64,000 bases of DNA from Patescibacteria group bacterium (GTDB lineage: Bacteria > Patescibacteriota > Minisyncoccia > Phycocordibacterales > PALSA-1337): NCBI GenBank assembly GCA_038064415.1, contig JBBTTD010000005.1:2149-66148 (forward strand), read 5' to 3'. Made by a program: the position numbers and the translations under genes. Below the pieces are notes generated by a model, which ran no database searches, was not told where the DNA came from, and was given only the letters and a program-made list of their open reading frames with translations. Positions within the stretch are counted from its first letter, which is position 1. Every line of letters begins with the position of its first letter. Of this stretch, positions 47,609 to 56,964 are shown piece after piece.

Positions 47609-47857
47609 TTAACTAAGATCTTTTTTCTTAGACTCAAATTCTTCTTTGTTAATTTCTCCTTTAGCATAACGTTCCTTTAAAATATCAAGCGCGTTGGATG
47701 AATTTAGGCGTAAATGTTTGCCGCTGATCTCGCGTACAATCCAGACAATAAAAGCAATAAGTAAAATCCAGAAAGCGATCATCATAATCCCGCCCCCAAA
47801 CCAGCCCATTATATTCCCAGTATCCCATCCACCATAATTAGTATATCCGTACATCAT
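47609..47857 (-). CDS. SHOCT domain membrane protein
   Basis: Gly/Met-rich N-terminus, one TM, ALDILKERYAKGEI.KEEFE. Confidence 0.88.
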   Translation of the reverse strand: MMYGYTNYGGWDTGNIMGWFGGGIMMIAFWILLIAFIVWIVREISGKHLRLNSSNALDILKERYAKGEINKEEFESKKKDLS

Positions 47858-47904
47858 AGTATCTTAATCAATTGTTAATAATTATATTAGTCAATATTTA
47901 GCTA

Positions 47905-48885
47905 TTATATCGCACATCCACTCTGTTGTCGTGTTGGAGCGGGTGCTGATTGTACACCTTCTACACCACATCCACTACCACTTGTTGTTGAACTGCTCGG
48001 AGTGCTGACTTGTGATGCAATGCGAGCATAACCAGATGCGCTTGAATAGTTTACCCCGAGCATTTCCCGCAGGTTTACATCTTTCCATCCAACTCCATTG
48101 TTTTTCATATACATAGCAATCGTCATATAGGTATCTGGAAACCAGTAGGAATTCACCGCCAGAGCCGTCTTCCACATATCCTGCTCGCCCACTCCTTGCG
48201 AAGCCATTAGTTCAAGAAGTCCCAGCATAGCCATACCATGATTACAATCGGGAAAATGAACAGAGTTTCCACAACATGGTCGATATATGCCATGGGATAC
48301 TTTTTCCACTAATGCCTGCTGATCCTCGGTCAGAGTGAAGAATGTGTGGTAACTGTAATGATCCATAGCATTACCTTGTGCCAGTGTCCAGCCACCTGTT
48401 GAAGCAAAGTTTTGTGCCCCGCCGTATTTTGGATCCATCATTTCCCCTTTTTCAAGAATAGGACTTTTTTGCGAGAGACCCAGCGCCCAAAAGAGGTTAA
48501 GTAAAACGCCAGCATTATCACGAGTGATGATGAGCTTTCCAGTCGTAGTGCCGAATAATAATCTCTGGTATTCGTCAGTGAATGCGCCACGATTGGCATA
48601 CAGCGCCTTGAAATCAGCACCCCGAATGGCCCCGGCTTTTATAAGATTTTGCCCCATAATGTCCCATGATACGGGCAAAATTACGCCGCCGGATGGGATT
48701 ATTGATTCTTCAAGTGCCAAAATACGAGCGTCCTGAGTCACAGAATCTTTTGTAATATCAACCGATGATTTTTGAAACTGACGGTTTGAAAAATTGTTGT
48801 AGACCAATGCAATAGCGACAATTGCGCCAGCAATGATAATCGCTAGAGGCAATGGAGATTTGAGTCCTTGAATTTGTTGTTCCAT
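47905..48885 (-). CDS. Uncharacterised exported Cys-motif protein
   Basis: N-terminal TM; RPCCGN...FPDCNHGMAM; SGCG and SGCAI at the C-terminus. Confidence 0.8.
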   Translation of the reverse strand: MEQQIQGLKSPLPLAIIIAGAIVAIALVYNNFSNRQFQKSSVDITKDSVTQDARILALEESIIPSGGVILPVSWDIMGQNLIKAGAIRGADFKALYANRGAFTDEYQRLLFGTTTGKLIITRDNAGVLLNLFWALGLSQKSPILEKGEMMDPKYGGAQNFASTGGWTLAQGNAMDHYSYHTFFTLTEDQQALVEKVSHGIYRPCCGNSVHFPDCNHGMAMLGLLELMASQGVGEQDMWKTALAVNSYWFPDTYMTIAMYMKNNGVGWKDVNLREMLGVNYSSASGYARIASQVSTPSSSTTSGSGCGVEGVQSAPAPTRQQSGCAI

Positions 48886-48892
48886 ATATTTT

Positions 48893-49453
48893 TTATTCTT
48901 TACAACAGTCTGCTAACTTCTTCATGATTTCTTCCAAGCTATCACTTTGCTTGTTGACACTGCTGACCCCCATCGAATTGCCAGTCGCCTTCTGAATGTC
49001 CACTTCTTCTGTTACCTTCTTCACGCCAATAAGCTTCAATTTGAGCGCCCAGAAAATAGTATAGGTCTTGTAGGCTTTCTCAAATGTCTGACGAGCAAGT
49101 TTTTTCTTATTTTCTGATTGTAGTTTATTTCCCACTTCAATCAATCGCATGGTAACAGCCAAAAGGTGTTTGGACGCGCACCATGTCTCCCCTTCATGGT
49201 TGGGCATAAGCTGCGCGAGCAATTCTTTACGCAGATTGCGCACCTCTTGTGCCGTGTCAAAGTATTCTTCTTTTTTTGTCTTGACGCCAGTAAAGAAGAA
49301 GTGCTCCTCAAGTGAGATCAGGTTCATGACGGCAATGCTTAAGTCTTCGGTAGTTGAAAGATCAACACCGCCTTCTTTTCTGGCTAATTCTATTTTTGTC
49401 ATAAATTCTTCAAGTGACTCGAGGTCCGACCTTGGAATGTTTTGTGATTTCAT
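48893..49453 (-). CDS. Uncharacterised helical protein with Cys/His motifs
   Basis: NLISLEEH, WCASKHLL, C-terminal DCCKE. Confidence 0.8.
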   Translation of the reverse strand: MKSQNIPRSDLESLEEFMTKIELARKEGGVDLSTTEDLSIAVMNLISLEEHFFFTGVKTKKEEYFDTAQEVRNLRKELLAQLMPNHEGETWCASKHLLAVTMRLIEVGNKLQSENKKKLARQTFEKAYKTYTIFWALKLKLIGVKKVTEEVDIQKATGNSMGVSSVNKQSDSLEEIMKKLADCCKE

Positions 49454-49463
49454 GTTTATTAAG

Positions 49464-50243
49464 CTAGATGAATAATACTAAGATCCCAATAATGACCATA
49501 ACGACACCGGCATAGAGATGAACATTCTTCATGTTCGTCTGTTTCCATTCTGTGACTTTGCCGATGAGTGCGGGATTGGCGGCAATCCAGAGAGTTGCCA
49601 CGAGCGGAACTATCAGAATAACATTGTACAGAATAAGGTAACCAAATCCTCTGAAATAAGTCACCTGATCATGCAGAAGTCCGATTACCATGAGGTATGG
49701 ACCGCCCATGCACGGGAACTGACAGAGACCGACGAGAAGACCAAGCACGAAGGCGGCTGGCAGTGATACGGTATTGATGAGCTTACCCATCGATCGATGC
49801 GCCGCATCGGGAATTTTGAGTTTGATCGGGAATCTTGGAAAGATCGCACCGAGAAGATTGAGTAGTCCGAAGATGATGAGTAGTGCCGCGCCGAGTTTGC
49901 CCATGAAGTGCGGAACATTGAAGATGTGGATGACCTGCAATAGACCGATACCGATGGTGAAGTACGCGACGAATATACCGGCAATGTAGAGTCCACCGAT
50001 CTGCAAAATTTTTCCTCTGGTCATTTGCAAACCAAACAAGAATGCGATGGTGATGAGAAGAATGGAGAACGAGCATGGATGAACACTGTCCAGTACGGAC
50101 GAAAATAGGACCAGTGGTAAGAGCCAGGAGCCACCTTGCGAGATAGCCCAAATCATCTCAGCTGTGCCGGGTGCGTATTTGAGTACCACGATAGCGAGGA
50201 TGGTTAGAACAGCTATGGTGGCTATAATAATAAGTTTTTTCAT
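49464..50243 (-). CDS. CcdA/DsbD-like cytochrome c biogenesis-type membrane protein
   Basis: DSVHPC and QFPC.G.PY motifs, multi-TM. Confidence 0.85.
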   Translation of the reverse strand: MKKLIIIATIAVLTILAIVVLKYAPGTAEMIWAISQGGSWLLPLVLFSSVLDSVHPCSFSILLITIAFLFGLQMTRGKILQIGGLYIAGIFVAYFTIGIGLLQVIHIFNVPHFMGKLGAALLIIFGLLNLLGAIFPRFPIKLKIPDAAHRSMGKLINTVSLPAAFVLGLLVGLCQFPCMGGPYLMVIGLLHDQVTYFRGFGYLILYNVILIVPLVATLWIAANPALIGKVTEWKQTNMKNVHLYAGVVMVIIGILVLFI

Positions 50244-50247
50244 GTGG

Positions 50248-50760
50248 TTATGGAGTTACAAGTGCTTTAATCTCCAACTGAATCGTGCCACCAGCCGTAT
50301 CGGTAAGCGTGACAAAGCGATCAATAGCCCCTACTCCAGCTGGACCATGAGCATTGGGATCATAGACAACGCGGATAATACGACTTTCTTTAGATTTGAT
50401 GATTTCATTTGCCGGAGGAACATATCCCATGCCCGGCATCTTAAACGGACCCTTGGTAGTGCCGTCTGGTTCAACGATGAATGCAGAAGTACACATGCAA
50501 GAAGTCAGCACGGTTGCAACGGTAATATCTTTATCCGTAAGATTGGTCACGGTGAATTCCTTGGTGACATCATTGTTCTTCATAGAGATAGTACCAAAAT
50601 CATAGAATATTTCTGGAGCCGTAAGCAGACTTTTGGTGCCATTTTGTTCTATACCTTGAACAGACGCGGTAGTACTGGCGCTTTTTTTGTAACTCAAAAC
50701 AAGAAGGTAGCTGATAACAGTAAATACAAGTAGAGTAATGATAATTGTTTTTGGTTTCAT
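50248..50760 (-). CDS. DUF1573-like Ig-fold exported protein
   Basis: YDFG.I, F.V.N, TSCMCT, YDP..HGP.G.G. Confidence 0.8.
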   Translation of the reverse strand: MKPKTIIITLLVFTVISYLLVLSYKKSASTTASVQGIEQNGTKSLLTAPEIFYDFGTISMKNNDVTKEFTVTNLTDKDITVATVLTSCMCTSAFIVEPDGTTKGPFKMPGMGYVPPANEIIKSKESRIIRVVYDPNAHGPAGVGAIDRFVTLTDTAGGTIQLEIKALVTP

Positions 50761-50835
50761 TTTAGTAAGAATTAAAGATTGTGAATAATAGAACTAGGAA
50801 TAAACACAAAAACTTACGATTAAACGTAAGCGTTA

Positions 50836-50913
50836 GCCGCGCTCGCAGGCGGCGACAGTTCTCCCGACTTGAGCAAAGCGAAGGGAGAATCCTGTCGCGC
50901 CGAGAGGGCGCGG
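50836..50913 (+). repeat. ~80-bp structured repeat, intergenic copy
   Basis: ccgcgc/gcgcgg, gcgacag/ctgtcgc and ttctccc/gggagaa nested stems; matches 43433-43514. Confidence 0.8.
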
Positions 50914-50914
50914 T

Positions 50915-51331
50915 TTAATTCATCGACGGACTGTTTTCAAAAAGAGAAAGCCAACGAGTTAATTTTCTGCTCCGTAAACCAATAGACGGAGAATCGTATA
51001 GAATACGAGCAACCGCTGGTGGTCCGAGTAACGGCGAACTTATCAAAATAAATAACGCGGCGCAAACTGCAAAAAGTAAAGAAACGATTAACGCTGTTAA
51101 ACCTGAACCAACGGGCATATTAAGAAATGATTGATAGGCGGAAATATGGTGGATCGCCACGGCAACTGTATCTTGTGGACAGATTGATTGACCAACTACT
51201 GAAAAAGGACAATCACCCTCCATTCGTCCATCTGGTCCCCGCGTCATCACCGCAAAACTAAAAATCGCGACCGTAAGGAACGATGTGAGGACAAGCACGG
51301 TGATGATTTTTTTGGATAAAAAAGATGACAT
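50915..51331 (-). CDS. Small membrane protein with CPF....C and HH motifs
   Basis: Two TM helices; DCPF, ICP, HHI, C-terminal WLSLFENSPS. Confidence 0.7.
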   Translation of the reverse strand: MSSFLSKKIITVLVLTSFLTVAIFSFAVMTRGPDGRMEGDCPFSVVGQSICPQDTVAVAIHHISAYQSFLNMPVGSGLTALIVSLLFAVCAALFILISSPLLGPPAVARILYDSPSIGLRSRKLTRWLSLFENSPSMN

Positions 51332-51336
51332 GTAGA

Positions 51337-51615
51337 TTAATGACAACAATTATTGTGATTCTCTTTATTTTTTTGATTATCTATGTTTTGATTATCTGAA
51401 TTATGATCATGTCTTGTTCGCAACATCCTGAAAAGATACACAAGGAGAAAGACGCCAACCAACCCGACACCAATCCAACTATAACCCATAGATTTAAAAA
51501 ACTCAATGCCACCAAACAGAACAACAACCGGTAATAAACAACAAATAACCATCATCCACATCGTGCCTTTGTGTCCGCTGTCTTTATTATTACTGTCATT
51601 ATTATGATCGTGCAT
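51337..51615 (-). CDS. Small His/Cys-rich membrane protein
   Basis: MHDH..., MWMMVICCLLP, two TM helices, C-terminal HNNCCH; internal ATG at 51615 preferred. Confidence 0.75.
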   Translation of the reverse strand: MHDHNNDSNNKDSGHKGTMWMMVICCLLPVVVLFGGIEFFKSMGYSWIGVGLVGVFLLVYLFRMLRTRHDHNSDNQNIDNQKNKENHNNCCH

Positions 51616-51632
51616 GTGATTTTGATTATTGA

Positions 51633-51854
51633 TTATAGAATCTCTCCCTTCTTTTCTAGAATCATGTGATGAATCGTCCCGATACCAGCCCAAATCGCAA
51701 TGAGAATAAGAATCCCGGCGCAAAGCAAAGCATCTAATTTTGTGACCCCGAATACAAGGTTATCAGCACCGCCGACGATCGTCGCCACAAATGTAACCAC
51801 TCCAGCAAAACCCACAACAACGCTTATGATATGTAATATTTTTGATATTTTCAT
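51633..51854 (-). CDS. Small two-TM membrane protein
   Basis: 73-aa hydrophobic ORF with HH near the C-terminus, in operon after copA. Confidence 0.75.
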   Translation of the reverse strand: MKISKILHIISVVVGFAGVVTFVATIVGGADNLVFGVTKLDALLCAGILILIAIWAGIGTIHHMILEKKGEIL

Positions 51855-51894
51855 AAAATTGTTAGTTATTTTTGTTAATAAATGCGTGACTTAT

Positions 51895-54267
51895 TTATAA
51901 TTTCTTACTTTTAATTCGAAGGGAATTCCCGACAACCGACACCGATGACATAGCCATTGCAAACCCGGCGATTACTGGACTGAGTAGCCAGCCGAAGAAT
52001 GGGAAAAACACTCCGGTCGCAAGCGGAATACCGACAATATTATAAATAAACGCCCAGAATAAATTCTGTTTAATTCCTCGCATAGTCATCTTTGAAAGCT
52101 TGATTGCCTTCACAAGCTTTGAAATGTCACCGCCAAGCAAAGTGATTCCAGCTGATTCAATTGCCACATCCGTACCAGTCCCCATTGCGACACCGACATC
52201 GGCTTGCGCGAGCGCCGGTGCGTCATTCACCCCATCACCAGCCATAGCTACGATATGACCTCGCGATTGAAGCATTTTTATTTTCGCCAATTTATCTTGC
52301 GGAAGGACATGGGCAACGACATCATCAATACCAACAAGCGCGGCCATGTGTTTCGCGGCTTTTTCGTCATCGCCAGTAAGCATAACCACTTTAATACCGA
52401 GCTTGTGAAGATTGGCAACAGCCTGTTTAGATTCAACCTTTATTTCATCGGCGACCATAACAAAACCGAGCACTTTCTCTTTAGTCGCAAGAATAACCGG
52501 AGTTTTACCTTGCGCGGTAAATTGCTCAATCTTCGTGGAATCAAATGATAGCCCGAGATCTTTTATAAGCTTGGTATTACCAACATAATATTCAATGTTT
52601 TTAATTGACCCTTTCAGCCCTTTTCCTTGAATGGCTTCAAAACTTGAAACATCTTCCGCGACGATGCTCTTTTCTTGCGCATAATTAACAACCGCGTGAG
52701 CAATTGGATGTTCCGACATTTTTTCAAGTGAGGCCAGAATAGATATGAATTCTGATTCCCCAAGTCCAAGGTCCGACCTTGGACTGATTTCAATATTAAC
52801 GAGAGTCGGTCGTCCAATCGTAATCGTCCCAGTTTTATCAACAATAACCGTATCAACTTTATGAAGTTTCTCTAAAGTCGCCGCGTCCTTGATTAAAATT
52901 CCTTCTTTGGCGCCTTTACCAACTCCAACAATGATCGCGGTTGGCGTGGCAAGTCCTAGCGCGCATGGGCAAGCGATAACCAAAACACCCACAAATGAGA
53001 CTAGCCCAAAAGATAGTGCTTGCGAAAATCCAAGTGAACCGATACCAATAAGTAACCACAAACCCAGAGTAAGAAACGCGATGACTAAAACAATTGGCAC
53101 AAAAACACTTGAAATTTTATCCGCCAGAGCTTGAATTGGAGCTTTGCTTCCCTGCGCCTCTTCTACCATTTTTATTATTTGAGCAAGCAAGGTCTCTGAT
53201 CCGATTTTGGTAGCCCTAAATTTGAAATACCCACTCGTATTTATCGTACCGGCAACTATATTGTCTCCAATTTTCTTTTTAGCTGGCATCGGTTCGCCCG
53301 TCACCATTGACTCATCTACAAAAGATGAACCATCAGTAATTATTCCATCAACGGGAATTTTTGCGCCCGGCTTTATGACGATAATATCGCCATGTTTAAC
53401 ATCATTTACGGAAATCTCCATTTCTTTACCATCACGAATAACTAATGCTGTCTTTGCCTGTAAATTTAGCAACTTTTCTATAGCATCACCGGTCCTAAGT
53501 TTAGATCGTGCTTCCAAATATTTCCCAAGTGCGATAAAAGTAATGACAATGATCGTCACGTCATAGTAAGTATTTTCAATATTTATGAATGATTTAAGCG
53601 TATCTCCAAACGCGCTTATTGAAAGACTGTAAAGATATGCGGAAACAGTACCGATACCAATCAGAGTATCCATGTTTGCTTTACCATATCGCAAAAAACG
53701 GTAGAATCCGAGAAGGTACGGTTTGCCAACGACAAATAGCACATAAGTTGCCATCAGAGGCATCGCAAAATCAAAAAACTCTTTGACCACGCCACCCATT
53801 TCCAAAATAATGTCGTATCCCGCTAAGATGCTCCACCCCATGACAAAAACACTGATCACCGCTAACGGAATCGCGGAGATTACTTTTGCTTTCATGTCTT
53901 TAATTTCAGCGAGTTTTTCTTGCTTTGATTGACTAAGGCCTAAATGGGTCGCGTGTTCATCCGCGGACATGCCCATTTGTTCAGCTGACATCTGCATTTT
54001 ATTGGCATTGGCGGTTGTAGATCTAGATAAAGTCTTAACTATTGAATCATTCGTGTTTGGAATAATAAGTGAGTACCCAAACTTCTCAATTTTCCGCGAG
54101 AGATCGGTCGGATTTGTTTTTGACTCATCAAATGCCACCTTTGCCGTCTCGGTCCCATAATTGACTTCAATGGAATGAACGCCATCAATTTTTTTGAAAG
54201 TCTTTTCAATGATACTGGCGCATGAAGCGCAGTGCATTCCTTTTATTCTGTAAGTTTTGGTATTCAT
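51895..54267 (-). CDS. copA: Copper-exporting P1B-type ATPase
   Basis: GMHCASC, TGE, CPCALG, DKTGT, SEHP, GDGVNDAP, YN and MAMSS Cu(I) motifs. Confidence 0.96.
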   Translation of the reverse strand: MNTKTYRIKGMHCASCASIIEKTFKKIDGVHSIEVNYGTETAKVAFDESKTNPTDLSRKIEKFGYSLIIPNTNDSIVKTLSRSTTANANKMQMSAEQMGMSADEHATHLGLSQSKQEKLAEIKDMKAKVISAIPLAVISVFVMGWSILAGYDIILEMGGVVKEFFDFAMPLMATYVLFVVGKPYLLGFYRFLRYGKANMDTLIGIGTVSAYLYSLSISAFGDTLKSFINIENTYYDVTIIVITFIALGKYLEARSKLRTGDAIEKLLNLQAKTALVIRDGKEMEISVNDVKHGDIIVIKPGAKIPVDGIITDGSSFVDESMVTGEPMPAKKKIGDNIVAGTINTSGYFKFRATKIGSETLLAQIIKMVEEAQGSKAPIQALADKISSVFVPIVLVIAFLTLGLWLLIGIGSLGFSQALSFGLVSFVGVLVIACPCALGLATPTAIIVGVGKGAKEGILIKDAATLEKLHKVDTVIVDKTGTITIGRPTLVNIEISPRSDLGLGESEFISILASLEKMSEHPIAHAVVNYAQEKSIVAEDVSSFEAIQGKGLKGSIKNIEYYVGNTKLIKDLGLSFDSTKIEQFTAQGKTPVILATKEKVLGFVMVADEIKVESKQAVANLHKLGIKVVMLTGDDEKAAKHMAALVGIDDVVAHVLPQDKLAKIKMLQSRGHIVAMAGDGVNDAPALAQADVGVAMGTGTDVAIESAGITLLGGDISKLVKAIKLSKMTMRGIKQNLFWAFIYNIVGIPLATGVFFPFFGWLLSPVIAGFAMAMSSVSVVGNSLRIKSKKL

Positions 54268-54272
54268 ATATT

Positions 54273-54536
54273 TTATTTTCGCTTCAGCCGATAGACTTTA
54301 AGAATCTCCCCGACGGCAGTTTTGTGTCTGCCTTTTTTTATCTGGTGAACGACACAAGTATCCAAATGATTTTCCATGAGAGAATCTTCAATTCCGGAAA
54401 GGGCCTGCTTCACTGCTGATGTCTGCGTAATGACATCTATGCAATAAGTGCCTTCCGCGATCATTTTTTGTAATCCACGAACTTGTCCTTCCACGAGCTT
54501 GAGTCTGCGAACTAGTTGTCTTTTATTTTTGTTCAT
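54273..54536 (-). CDS. csoR: CsoR family copper-sensing repressor
   Basis: RL..VEGQVRG...M, YC.D...Q, H...CV. Confidence 0.93.
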   Translation of the reverse strand: MNKNKRQLVRRLKLVEGQVRGLQKMIAEGTYCIDVITQTSAVKQALSGIEDSLMENHLDTCVVHQIKKGRHKTAVGEILKVYRLKRK

Positions 54537-54547
54537 ACACACATCAT

Positions 54548-54564
54548 ATACCCCCTAGGGGTAT
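54548..54564. promoter_or_regulatory. CsoR operator
   Basis: atacccc-cta-ggggtat, a C/G-tract inverted repeat between the -35 and -10 of the csoR promoter. Confidence 0.85.
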
Positions 54565-54873
54565 TAGTCAAGTCAGGGCTGTGAACAAGCAAAAAACTAT
54601 TCCATGGTTTGAAACTGTAATTTATATCCTGATATACTATTTTTTAGACTTATGGAAGAAATAAAGAGCTAGAGGTGCCGCCCAGTTTGCGAATCTTTCA
54701 ATAAAGTCAAACCAGGATTGTTCGACCAACGGCTTAATAACCACTCTATTTTTTTATCATTTGTCATATCATTTGTTAAATACTATTAGCAATCAATATC
54801 ACATCAAATCTGAAATAAAAAACCGAACTCCCTAAAAAGGCAGTCCGGTTGTTGTGTGTTTCCTTGATACGGC

Positions 54874-55692
54874 TTATTCAGCCGACACCCTGAAGAACTT
54901 TTGAGGAACCGTGTCCAATGAGATGAGATTCAACGGAAACGAATACGAATTTGTATTAGCCCCTGGGTTACTTAAGCTCCAGTTCGTTGCGATCGGCACT
55001 CCGTTCGTATACCACACTTGCAATATACTAGCCGAACTTATCCATCCAGTTATCGAACACTCCTTCTGCCAGGTAACAGGATCGGCCAGGTTTGTGGTTG
55101 ACATTATGGTTGAAGCCATAAGAACAGTGTATGGCACTCCTAGCGGGTCATTGAACGCGCTGTTTGTCCTGGAGTATTCATAGATATTCCACATGTTTAC
55201 TCCAGTGGAAGCAGAATTCCACGATCCTCCATTTGTATCACCTGGGTTGCCGAGATAAAACATGATGCCAGGGAAGTCACCGCTCCCTGTCTGGGCTTCG
55301 TTAAGCTGGATCATCGCGCTTGCGCTGTGGTTTGTGTTCGTCCCCGGGTTAGGCGGAGGCGGGGGAGGGCTGGGTGGAGGAGGAAGAAGCTTGTCACAGA
55401 GCTTTTTCAAACCCCTGATGAGAATATACCCCACAACGATGATGACGGCAGCAATGGCAACGGCGTCACCGTATCCGCAAGAAGGTATTACATACGTCGG
55501 TGATATCGTTGAATTCAGACCGACATCTGTTCCAACAACATCAGTTGCCTCCGAGGATGGGGACGACCTTTCGATGATGGTCGCGTTTGTCGTTCCTTGA
55601 GCATGCATGGGCGACAGTGTCGCCATAATGCCCACAAGAAAAACGGTCACGACCTGACATTTCAGCGTCTTGGTGAACTTGAGCGTTTTCAC
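54874..55692 (-). CDS. Exported/membrane protein with a poly-proline linker and atypical composition
   Basis: Signal peptide, TM helix, PPPPSPPPPPP, repeated TN motifs, C-terminal STTNL...W...PQKFFRV. Confidence 0.75.
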   Translation of the reverse strand: MKTLKFTKTLKCQVVTVFLVGIMATLSPMHAQGTTNATIIERSSPSSEATDVVGTDVGLNSTISPTYVIPSCGYGDAVAIAAVIIVVGYILIRGLKKLCDKLLPPPPSPPPPPPNPGTNTNHSASAMIQLNEAQTGSGDFPGIMFYLGNPGDTNGGSWNSASTGVNMWNIYEYSRTNSAFNDPLGVPYTVLMASTIMSTTNLADPVTWQKECSITGWISSASILQVWYTNGVPIATNWSLSNPGANTNSYSFPLNLISLDTVPQKFFRVSAE

Positions 55693-55964
55693 TTGGTCAC
55701 CTCTTTCCGTTTACTGTCTGCGGTGGCACTAGAACCACCGAAAACAAGGGCCGCCCACGCCACCATAAAAGTAACGGCGTTTAGCATCACGTAGCCGCGA
55801 AGTATGCGGAATGGTTCATTCACAAAATAGGCGAGGTAAAAAATCGCCACTGTGTAGAGAATAAACCCTAAGAGAAACAATATGGCTCTTGTTCTCCCGC
55901 CATCCTTCCACCACCGGTTGAATTTAGACTCCTCTGACGAAGAGCCGTCTGTTTTCGTTTTCAT
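55689..55964 (-). CDS. Two-TM hypothetical protein
   Basis: GAAAGG ribosome-binding site before the ATG at 55964; GTGA overlap with the next gene. Confidence 0.65.
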   Translation of the reverse strand: MKTKTDGSSSEESKFNRWWKDGGRTRAILFLLGFILYTVAIFYLAYFVNEPFRILRGYVMLNAVTFMVAWAALVFGGSSATADSKRKEVTK

Positions 55965-56223
55965 ATTTACCAACCTTTCGTTCAGTTTTTCCGTATTAGA
56001 CCTAGACGAAACCGCCACATGGCAGTAACACATGTCAAAGATCTATTCCCCACCTCCGTTATACCTTAAGCGCAAGAAAAGTCAATAGTGTGAAAGTGAA
56101 TTCTAATCTGAAACGCAACACTTCTGCAGTAATGTAGTTGTATACCATGTTCCTAGTCTATTGGAAACTTCCATAAATTGGGTCGTATGGTGGATAGATT
56201 TAAAACTTGCTTGATATATAAAA

Positions 56224-56643
56224 TTATGACAAATCAATAATATATAAACTAATAAATTTCTCGACAGCATCGACTGTTGAGTCTTTAAGTTTTGCATTAC
56301 TTTCCGCTACCCATTTTGCAAAATTATATAATTCTTGATTACTTATTTTTAACCATTTAGCATTATCAACCAGAAAAAATAACATAGTAGAAACGGCGAT
56401 CCTTTTGTTACCATTTTGAAAAGGATGATTTTTTATCATCAAATAAAAAAGTATAGCGGTCTTTTTTACTAAACCTCGGTACAAATCCTTACCTCCAAAT
56501 CGTTGAAATGGTTGCACGAGACATCGCTCTAGTGCATTTGGATAACGAGTGACGAAATCAGGAATTGGCTCATCATATGCCATGAGCTTCTTTGCTAAAT
56601 CATAAGCAATATATTCAACATCAACGACTGATAATATTTTCAT
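56224..56643 (-). CDS. Fic/Doc family toxin
   Basis: HPFQNGNKR Fic/Doc motif; P.Q.FGG..LY. Confidence 0.92.
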   Translation of the reverse strand: MKILSVVDVEYIAYDLAKKLMAYDEPIPDFVTRYPNALERCLVQPFQRFGGKDLYRGLVKKTAILFYLMIKNHPFQNGNKRIAVSTMLFFLVDNAKWLKISNQELYNFAKWVAESNAKLKDSTVDAVEKFISLYIIDLS

Positions 56644-56648
56644 GAAAA

Positions 56649-56906
56649 TTATTCTTTGCCCAACATTTTCAGAGCTTCTCCGTATTCTTTTACGGTCTTA
56701 TCTATAGATATCTCAATTTCCTTCTTTCTATTCGGAGACAAAATAACACCTAAAACTTCACTTAAATCTGATTGTTCAATAACATAATTACGACCAACTT
56801 TTTGGGCCTTAATTTCGCCACTTTTAATCTTCTTGAATACAGCAATACGACTAATACCAAGAACCTTGGCAACTCTGGCTGTTGAGAGCAATTCCTTATT
56901 TTTCAT
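56649..56906 (-). CDS. Excisionase-type HTH protein, likely Doc antitoxin
   Basis: LLST..VAK.LGISR.AV.K.IKSG.I.A.KVGR.Y.I; C-terminal EYGEALKML; ATG at 56906. Confidence 0.85.
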   Translation of the reverse strand: MKNKELLSTARVAKVLGISRIAVFKKIKSGEIKAQKVGRNYVIEQSDLSEVLGVILSPNRKKEIEISIDKTVKEYGEALKMLGKE

Positions 56907-56921
56907 GAGTAAAGTATATAT

Positions 56922-56952
56922 TATGTTAACCAAGATTGCAATGGTTAACATA
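56922..56952. promoter_or_regulatory. Operator-like inverted repeat upstream of the HTH-Doc operon
   Basis: tatgttaacca-N9-tggttaacata. Confidence 0.65.
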
Positions 56953-56964
56953 GAAAGCATTGGG

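Noticed and set aside
51337-51723. 128-aa version of the His/Cys-rich ORF
   Set aside because: The first 36 codons overlap the upstream gene; the ATG at 51615 gives a coherent protein.
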